The notes beneath the pieces were generated by a model. The model made no database searches. It saw only the letters and a program-made list of their open reading frames with translations, and was not told where the DNA came from. The translations under genes were made by a program, and so were the position numbers. Shown here piece by piece: positions 27,122-35,997 of a stretch of 64,000 bases of DNA. This DNA is from Marsupella aquatica (lineage: Eukaryota > Plantae > Marchantiophyta). How positions within the stretch are numbered: the first letter of the stretch is position 1; each line of letters starts with the position of its first letter. The DNA is taken from the NCBI GenBank assembly GCA_973895155.1, contig OZ316894.1, positions 1,876,457-1,940,456 of the forward strand, written 5' to 3'.

Positions 27122-28093
27122 TTGCATGACTGTTCCCAAATCTGTTTACGCACACAACTCCAAATGACACTTTTCTGCCAGAGATACTATCTCTGCAAGT
27201 TGATCAAGAAAGGCATACAACCCAAGTTGGCAAGTTGAACACAGTCTGTATGCCTTTCACCCAAAGTGGTCAATTTATTAACAAGCAGGGAGGATCATGC
27301 TACTATCTATGCTCTTTTCAAAGAAAAAAGTGGGGAAATCATCGTTCTATCCATGAGGAATGACAAACCATTTTGGATATCACTCGCAAAGAGATTCCTT
27401 GGGACAAAAAGGAAGAGGTGCAACATCAATTACACACCACTGAAGATGCATGTGGAAGATGAGATCAAAGAAACTGTAAACGTTTCATTTTGGAGACAAT
27501 TACTCCGGCCCTCACATACAAAATAGTAGGCAATTTATTTGGAAAGTTCTCTGAACTAGGGACCTCACCCAGGACCTCACCAATAAGTTCAAGAATAATA
27601 GTCATATCTGCTATGATAAATCAGGAAGACTTCCTTGTTCAAATGAGTTTTATATTTTTTTTATTTTTTATTTTTTATTTTTAAAATTTTTTTTTTCAAA
27701 AAAGGGTCGCAGAGACCCGTCCATATCACGCAAGGGGACGAAAGCCACCCAGGCAAAAAACACACACAGGGTCCAACCCCCAAGCCAAAACACCACACAC
27801 ACCCCACAAACCAGCCCTAATCCGGCCAAGGAGGCCTGAAGCCCCCCCTGCCTGGGACCCAATCCCGTCTCCTAGTGAAAGTCTTGCTATTTTGTTGGTG
27901 TCCCCTTCTAGGGTTGATCCTATGATGTGACTGAATACTAACTCTATAGTCCAAAGAAATCCTTTGCCTACTGCCAACCTTAGTACTAAGGTTCCTAAAA
28001 AATCGTCTCCTACCTTCCTTAAAGTCCACAAGGTTGGTGCAAAGCCAGGTGCCCTGCTGTCGCCTGACAACCCTCACAATGATGAGCTTGCAA

Positions 28094-29039
28094 TCAATCT
28101 TCAGTTTCATTAGTGTTAAGGGCAAGCGGCATATCGACAGTCTCCCATGGTTTAAGTACAACCTGGAGTTGGTCAAGAGCACTACACAATTGTCTTCGTT
28201 TCTTCTCAGAACTGCAGATGTCAATCATTGCCCTGAGATGAGTTTCTGTTTGCCGAAGGACGACCCAACCGGGGAGGCGACCCAAAAACTGAGAGTAAGT
28301 AGCGTCATTCCGTTCTTTCCAAATGCTGGAGCACATCTCCATAATCAATACCATCGGGCCAGGTTTCCTTTTATGCAACTGCACAGCAGTAATGATCGCT
28401 TCGTACAAAGATCCTTGTGAAATCTTCCAATCTCCAGCTCGTTGTAGAACACGTTGGACCTCTCCCCATCTACCAGTAACAGTAGGACAGCTGAAGAACA
28501 TGTGTTCAGTGTGCTCAAAATGAGTTTTACACTTAGCACATAAGCCATCCAAAACTCCCCAGTGACTAGCCCTGCCATTGGAGAAGAATCCATGATTCAA
28601 CAGTCTCCACAGAAAGAATCTCACCTTGGGGAAAGACCAGCCTCCCCAGATTTTCTTCCAGTACTGCTGCCAGTGCTGTGAAGAGCTGACCTGTCCCCAA
28701 CGCCGGTTCAGCTTAGTGACATCAAGCTCCCTGGTTAGGGTGCATTGGCTCCAAGTCCTGGTTGAGAAAGACCAGCCTCTATTCTTCCCCCCAGTCCCAT
28801 TGCCAACCGGCACAATCCTGCAGCTCAACCATGGCAATTTCCGAAAAACATTGTAGCTTGCTATAGAAAATGCTGAAAGCTTCGTTACCAATCCTCCTAG
28901 TGCTCCGGGTCCGACAACAGATCTCATCCTCCGGGATCCACCTGCCAAGCTGAGACCTGAGATCAAGCAGAGTCCTAATTCTACGATTAGCCAGAAACCT
29001 CCTCAAGTCCGTGCCCTATTGTGTCGTGGTTTGGGTGTT
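28094..29039 (-). pseudogene. LINE ORF2, 3' part (zf-RVT domain)
   Basis: WKKIW..PKVRFFLWR..CAKC..EHMFFSC..IWKERN. It rejoins the 5' part in frame once the inserted transposon is removed. Confidence 0.88.
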
Positions 29040-29360
29040 AACAAGAAGCCTTAAGGGATGAGTCCAAAGCCTTATTTCTCTTTTCAAAATCTTCATGATA
29101 TTAAAAAGTGTATACCAAAAAACCACCAAAAAATGGTATGTATTTTCCAAACTAGACTCAAGAGAATTTTACCACCAAAATCTAAGCATATCTTATATGA
29201 TATTCTCACAATTGTATAAACCTTGAAATATGCACTTTATAAAAGTAATCAAAATCAAACTCATCGATCAGAGTTTAAGTCAAACTCAAAGTTTTACAAA
29301 ATATAACCCAACTTAAGCCCAAGTGGTTTCAAATGCTACGAGTCCCTCTATTTATCTAGT

Positions 29361-32300
29361 CTAATCCAAAGGGACCGCTTCCCCTTCCTCGGTTCCAGAA
29401 GTCCCTGTCGTCAATTCTGGAACAATTGTGGCATCGTCAACCACGCTATCCTCTCCGGCCTGAGGAATGTCTTCCTCACTCTCCTCATCCATCTCCCCCT
29501 GTCCGTCTTCCTCTTCAATGTTATCTGCAAGGTTAAGAATCCTCCCTTTCAACACACTGCTCTGTCGCTCGTCAATCTCAATGGCAACGCAATGTCTCCC
29601 CATGGCCAAGGAGGAGGTTGTCCCAGTCCCTGATCCTGAACAAATATCCAAAACCCAGTCTCCAACCTGACTAAAATGACTCACTTCCCAATCTAACAAT
29701 GCACGTGGTTTCTGATAAACATTCACTGCCTTGTTATCCCCGTTGTGTTTCAGCTTCTTAGTCACAGCTGCGCATACAACCACATTGTTCCTTGATTCAT
29801 TTGTGTCAAAATTGAAGTGCTCCAATGACCGTTTACCATCCTGGCTGTGAAAGCCAATTGTAAAGCACTCAAAGTTGCTGTTCAATCTTGGTCCACCAGC
29901 ATTCTTCACATTATCCTTAACCCTGAAAAGTCACAAAAAGTCAAGGAGTTATTTAAACTGAGAAACATGGTTCATGAAATCATGAATAACTAATAGTTGT
30001 TTTTTTCAAAAACAAATATTTCTTACCACACACAATTCTGGAACCCTCCATTACACTCCGCTTTCAAAACGGTCTTGATGGCCTCATATTGGTCAAGGTT
30101 GTGGTGAATGATAATACGCCACAACTTTGCAGTAGTAGCCACCTTGAACGATTGGACCATTTTTGTGATCTCCTCAGTTCCCCATCCAATAGTGTCTTCA
30201 TGAAGACATCCAGGCAATGCAAACCCGTAGGGAATATCCACTAAAGCTAATGTGTAAGCCCGACCCGGAACCACCTCATGTAATCGCTGAGCATCATGAG
30301 TAAAAATATCATAGTGCACATCACCAAACTCTGGATGCTCAAACGAATTTGGATGAAGTTCCCCCTCTTGGGTTTGCCGACTAGAAGTCTTCATGGATAG
30401 CCAATTTTGGGCTTGCACAATATGCGCATTGAATTTGTCCGGGAATGACTTGAGATCTTTGCCTTCCTCATCTCCCTTCTTTTTCCGGGAGGTGGTATCT
30501 TTCTACAAAAAGGAACTATAGAATTAGAAACAAGGATTCCAAATATTAAATGAATTCAAACAATCATTCGAAGAAAGGTGACAGAATCTTACCCATGTCT
30601 GGAAAACAGGTACGAAATTCTTAAGCACATTGTCTGTGCAATGCTCAGGGTACTTGGTTTTACAACCTGACCAACTCTCCTCGTGTAGACACGTGAGGAA
30701 GGCCTTCTGCACCTGCATCTGAAATTTGTGTCGAGTAAATTCGTGACCCATTTCCTGTAAAGAGAGTTCTTTAGTAAGAACTCTCTGTAACACTGGGCAA
30801 ATCATATCAGGATCTTTCAAGGCCTGCATGTGTCTCCACTCTGTTAATTTCATGTCCTCATAAGGCAATTTGGCATCTCCAGACTTAGAGACTTTCTTCT
30901 TGCCTTTGTCTCCTTTTTGACCTTTGATCTCACACATCTCCCACTTGTCACAAATCTGCCTCACAAATGACCACACAGGATCTTGTCGGAATGCCAACTG
31001 AAATAGGTTATCATTGGCATTAAGAACCTCAGCATCCTTTCGTACACCCCAATCCTTGAGATTGATTTCAGTAGCACACTCTTTCTTGAAATCCTGGTTG
31101 GACGACAATCCATTCTCAACAAATCTCATGTGAATATAATTTACTCTCTGGATTGTCGTCATCTGTTGTCGAAATTCAGAATCAATATTGTGACTCCACG
31201 CCAGGTTTCTTGCCTCTTGCACACTCAATCCCGCAAATATCCAAGATTGCACTCTCCGAAATGCCTTGTTGTTAGGGAACTCAAGAGCAAGGTCTGCTTT
31301 GGCACAGGCTGAATGGTTGCCCCCAATCACATAATAATGGTAATCAGCTTTCCTTGAAAAATCAAAGTCTTGCCTAGTAGCACACTCCTTCGGATCCACC
31401 AAGAGGACAAACGGAGCTGCAAGTGGACTGGCACCTACAGTCTTCATCCGCAAGGTCAATTGGGTCAAGAAATATGGTTGGATGTGTCGGACCTGGTAAA
31501 TGGGCAAGCCCATAGCCTTCTCTCTCACTGGAGGGTAAAGTTGACCAATGTCAACGGTCACGGTCTCCTCTTGAACACCACATCTTCCCAGAATCTCCTC
31601 CTGGTACAATACCCGTGCATCCATTGACATTGATTGAGCCTTTTGCTCCAAATGCGTTGGAATTTTCTCCAAAGTCTTCTTTTTTGACTTTGTAGCACTG
31701 GGCTCGGTAGGCTCAGGAGTCATAGCAGGTCGCTTCTTTGAAGAAATGCGAGTTCCAGTCGTACCTTGTGCCGACCCACCAGTCAAAGCCGTTCCCTGGG
31801 ATGATCTGCCAACTTGAGATCCCCCTCCAGATGCTGCTGCTTCCCGGGAGGTTGTAGGCGCTACCACGGTCAAAATATCATTGGGTAAAATGCTAGGCCT
31901 CGATCCAGAAGGAACACCGGAAGCCCCAGATTTGGGTGGACGACTTACTCCCTTCTCTGCCGACCTTTTCCGGAGAATCTCTCTTGATTTTCGGATTGCA
32001 CTCTTTAAAGTGCTAGCGTGAAATTCAAACACAAAACCGGAAATCTTTCCCGCGACGTCGTGGTAACGTTCCTCACTCGAAAGAGACTTGACAGTCTCAA
32101 TGATGCTATCGATGTCCTCATCGAGATAGCAGGTGGCAGCCGTTCCAGAAAACCTCTCCACATCCACGACAATCAAAGTTGATGTTTCCTTCGTTGTGAT
32201 CAACATGTTCACAACTTCGTCGCCCCGTCGAAATACATCGATGCGGCCGTAATTTACCCACCCTAATGCCCCCGATGGAAGCCCCTCAAATACACACAGC

Positions 32301-32422
32301 ATTAGGAAGGGCTTCTTCCATGTTTCCGTCCCTAAGGAAATCGTCCAGGATGAGTTGTGGAAGTCCGTCAAAGGATGGCGCGAAAAGATGTCATCCACCA
32401 GCTCTTCCTGCGACATTGTCAT
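29361..32422 (-). CDS. ParB/Srx-like domain + beta-class amino DNA methyltransferase (N6_N4_Mtase-like); exons 32422-30593, 30502-30027, 29922-29361 (~955 aa)
   Basis: GT-AG introns 30592-30503 (phase 0) and 30026-29923 (phase 2) join three ORFs into one open frame of 2868 nt. ParB-like motifs: YQVR, YVIGGNHS, EARNLAWSHN. MTase motifs in beta order: IV LALVDIPYG, WVK, YQKP, I VLDICSGSGT, GRHCVAIEID. Confidence 0.85.
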
Positions 32423-33201
32423 GTTTTTGCCTGATCTTCAAACCTGAGAACATACCACAAAATCAGTCCACTTCAACCCCAACCTGCGAGACAAAGTGCC
32501 ACAGAACCAAGGAATGTGCCAACAAATGGCTACTAAAACCGTGTCCTTACGGATCTAACAACGCTCTCGGCCACCCCAGGACTCCTATCATGAATTCATG
32601 AAGGGAGTCTCCCTCTCGCTCCGACCTTCATGAATTCATGAAGGGAGTCTCCTCTCTCTTTGCTTGTACACCTCGGTGATGCAGAAGGGTATTTAAAATA
32701 GGGTTCGGAGGGGGGTGACGTGAAGAAATCACCCAGGGCCTAAATTACTACCTAAAACAGGGTCGAAATGAAGTGCGACCGCGACAACTCGCGACACGTC
32801 GCCGATGAGTGCTGAAAATGGCACGAAATTGGACAGCGAGATTGTTTTTCACTCTTTTACAAAGGAAATCCAAATGACATTGAGTGAAAATGAATGGGCT
32901 GCCCCGTGTTCCTTGGTTATACATACTAATCACGGATCAGGCGCGACTTAGTAAAATTAACCCAGAATCATGATAAATCAATGTTTTTGGGCCAATTATT
33001 CATGAATATTTCGGGGTATTAACGGGAAAAAGCTTGCAAATTTCATGAATATTTGATATTTTTGAAGTTAAAAAGTCCCAACAATCCGTGAAAAACTATA
33101 AATAGGCTCATTTATTCATGACTCTTGGTCATTATTTTGAGAAGATTTGTTAGATTTTACTGATTTTCTGAGTTTCTTGTCAATTTGCACTAGTTTTTCC
33201 A
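32423..33201. promoter_or_regulatory. divergent intergenic/promoter region of the transposon with palindromic repeats
   Basis: Lies between head-to-head ATGs (32422 minus, 33202 plus). It contains a TATAAATA at 33097-33104 and a 25-bp direct repeat tcatgaattcatgaagggagtctcc at 32588 and 32628. Confidence 0.55.
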
Positions 33202-35438
33202 ATGGCGGCGTGTTACGAATCAGATGATTATTCAGATGGAGTTTCTGATGATGTTTCATTGCCGGATGGCCCCTGCACAGTGGTTGGCCCAGATATCCCT
33301 GGAATAACTACTGTTTTAGATATGCCACCCCCCACCCCTATGAGCAAGTTAAAACGTAGTCCTTTACGACTTGCAATTAGTGGGAAGAAATCATTGGTCG
33401 GTGGTAAAGAGAGGTCAGGGAGCTCCTCTGACTCCTTGGAGAGTATTGGTCCCCCTGGACGTCAAGTTGTATCTCCTTTGTCACCAACAAAGGACAAATT
33501 GGGGAGTAATCTGGAAGGTTCAATGCCTATTTGGATGTCTGGGAAACGGTCTCATGAATTCATGAAGACTGGATTTGGAAAGACGAAGAAGGCACTAAGT
33601 GGGGAAAATGACAGAGATTTTTGCAGTCTCCAAAGTGTTCAGCGGCTGAAGCAAATGCCAAAAAGTAAAACCTTTGGTAAGCCAACGTCGGAAACATTTC
33701 ACAGGGGGATGAGGGAAGAAACTAGACGACCAGTGTTATTGAACAATCCAAAGAACGTGAGAAACTCGCGAAGCATCGTAAGAAATGTTTTTCAAATTCT
33801 GATAAATATTTGGGAGTTGTCATTGATGGGATGGATCAGAAGAAGACAAGGTTGCCTCATTGGCCGCGGCCCCCAAAATCGGTGGACGAAACATGTTTGA
33901 TCCAAATGCACGTTGTCGGATGCCTGGTTTTCAATGGTGCATTATTTTCAAGAGTGTTTCTTAATTATCCTGTATTGCATAATGATGGAAACTTGACAGT
34001 CACAATCCTGCAAAGGGTGTTTCACAAATGGGAAGAAAAGCCTGGTGGCTTGCCGCCTGTTCTCTATCTTCAACTTGATAATACCAGTAGAGAAAATAAA
34101 AATAATTTACTCTTTGCCTATCTTCATATGTTGATTCGAAGAAAGGTTTTTCGGAAAATCAAACTAGGATTCTTGTTGGTTGGACACACACACGACCAAA
34201 TAGATCAAATGTTCAGTCGATTTTCTAAACGACTAGCAAGGTTTAAGGCATTCACATACGAAAGCCTATGTGATATTATTTGTGAATCATATCAACCCCA
34301 ACCAAATATCACTCTTTTAAAGGAAACATATGATTTCCGTCAATATGCCTTCTCAGATCCACCTTTAGTCATTGAAAGGATTCGAAATGTTACCTTCCAC
34401 CACCAGTACAAATTTGCATTTGACAAGTTGGAAAATCAAGTTCCAACCCAATGGGGGAAGAAGTTTTCCACGGACTCAACTTGGAAACCTGACGGAGGCG
34501 TGAAATTTTTGAGGGAAGAGGAGCCAGAAAAGGTGATGGGTTGTGCTCCCGGATTACCCCTTTTCAAAAAGGGGGATAAGAACGTTACAAGGACTCAACC
34601 AAATATGTCTAGTTCTTCAAGAATGACTTTGAAGGAGATGGATGATTCGTTAAATGAGATTCAAAAGGGAATACTTGCAGTTGAAACTTTATTCTCAGAA
34701 GAGGAAGTGAACTGGTGGAGAATGTTTTTTGAAGAGCAACGGGAATTGAATAAATCTTTGCTCCTTGATCAAAGACCATTGATTTTCCCTTTTCAATGGC
34801 CACGCTCCCAAAGGGAGATTGCTGTTGCTGCTGAAGTTCCCAGAGTCCTTGTCAATGAAGAGGAAATTGAAGAGAGAGTATACGGACCTACCAGAGATAT
34901 ATACGTGGGTCCTTATCGGAATCAAGGAAAGATAGATGCAGAGAAGGAGAATATGGAAGGAGACTTTTCGGATCTTGAAGTCAACACTTATATTTCTGTT
35001 GCTGGAGAAGAATCGGAAACATTTTGGGTGGCCAAGGTGGAAAGAATTGACCAGCGCGACGAGTTCAACATTCCAAAAATGATTTATGTTTTATGGCATG
35101 CTACAAAAACCGGGTCAGATCCTTGGAAAGCCAAGTACTTACCAGAAGTCTTAAACTACGAAAAGAAGAAAAGTGGTCGTGGGAAAGGAACTTTGAAACC
35201 AATATGGTTTCACCAAGAGCTTGATTTATCTTCAACGACTGTTTTTGCTTACAACTTCATGTTGACAAAATCTGATACATTGTACAAAAAGACAGTAGAT
35301 CGAATCAAAATCCGATTGACTGAATTTTTGGCAGAAGAGAAAGAGCAAGAACAAGAGAATGGATCAACTAGAACCCCGCTAGGAGATAAATCTAGGGATA
35401 TTTCGTTTCAAGAATTGAGGACTTCTGGATCTGAGTAA
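33202..35438 (+). CDS. Sola-like DDD/RNase H-fold transposase, with the N-terminus out of frame with the catalytic core
   Basis: The core frame is open from ~33726 to 35438 and contains YLGVVIDGMDQ, LYLQLDNTSRENKN and FLLVGHTHDQIDQMFS (three candidate catalytic Asp). The upstream ORF 33202-33900 is in another frame. It lies inside the TIRs. The superfamily assignment is by motif resemblance. Confidence 0.75.
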
Positions 35439-35997
35439 TGAAAAGTAGTTATTGTTTGTGACATTACCATTGAAAAACATGGATAACTTGAAAATTTACA
35501 AATTTTCAAAATGCCTTTACCACTTATTCATGAATTCATGGTTAAAGTTTCTTGAGAAATTTGTAGTTTAATATTATCTTAGTGGGTTGTGTTTCAATTC
35601 AATTAGATGGTGTCATTTCTATTCTCCTTGTCTTCTTTTCACAATAATGTGTATCAGGTTAAGTTGTAGTAATTTATTTTCTGGTTTTTAAATGACAATG
35701 GCTTTTGGAGGTGATTTAGTTGTTGTTTCAAAAGACACCTCGTGTAATTGTGAGACCATTGTAGATAATAGTGTTGTATTTGAGATCATTTATTGGTGGA
35801 ATGTAACTTCAGATGAATTTGGTCATTTTTAGGTGTCAAAACATAGCTAGTTTATGTCATATTTTGTTCGCTCCATATTTTTGCTCTAAAATAGGTGCTA
35901 ATTTTTGCACTTTTTTTGACTTTTCGTTGTTTTTCTGATTTTTTGGCTAGAGTTCCTAAAGTATGGGCTTGTTACTCATCATTTAAGGCTTCTTGTT

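Larger units (their letters stand above)
29040..35997. mobile_element. 6958-bp cut-and-paste DNA transposon (Sola-like) carrying a transposase and a ParB-methyltransferase gene
   Basis: Left TIR AACAAGAAGCCTTAAGGGATGAGTCCAAAGC (29040-29070) versus right TIR reverse complement AACAAGAAGCCTTAAATGATGAGTAACAAGC (35967-35997), with the first 15 bp identical. A 4-bp TSD TGTT lies at 29036-29039 and 35998-36001. The empty site restores the LINE reading frame. Confidence 0.92.

Noticed and set aside
29051-35986. TTAA-target element (piggyBac/Kolobok/Sola3) bounded by the internal TTAA
   Set aside because: The inverted repeat extends 11 bp beyond TTAA on both sides, and the outer boundary with the TGTT duplication restores the LINE frame.
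29040-35997. Bacterial/phage contamination or a restriction-modification system
   Set aside because: The MTase gene has GT-AG introns, sits within TIRs and a TSD inside a plant LINE, and has no recognisable restriction endonuclease partner.
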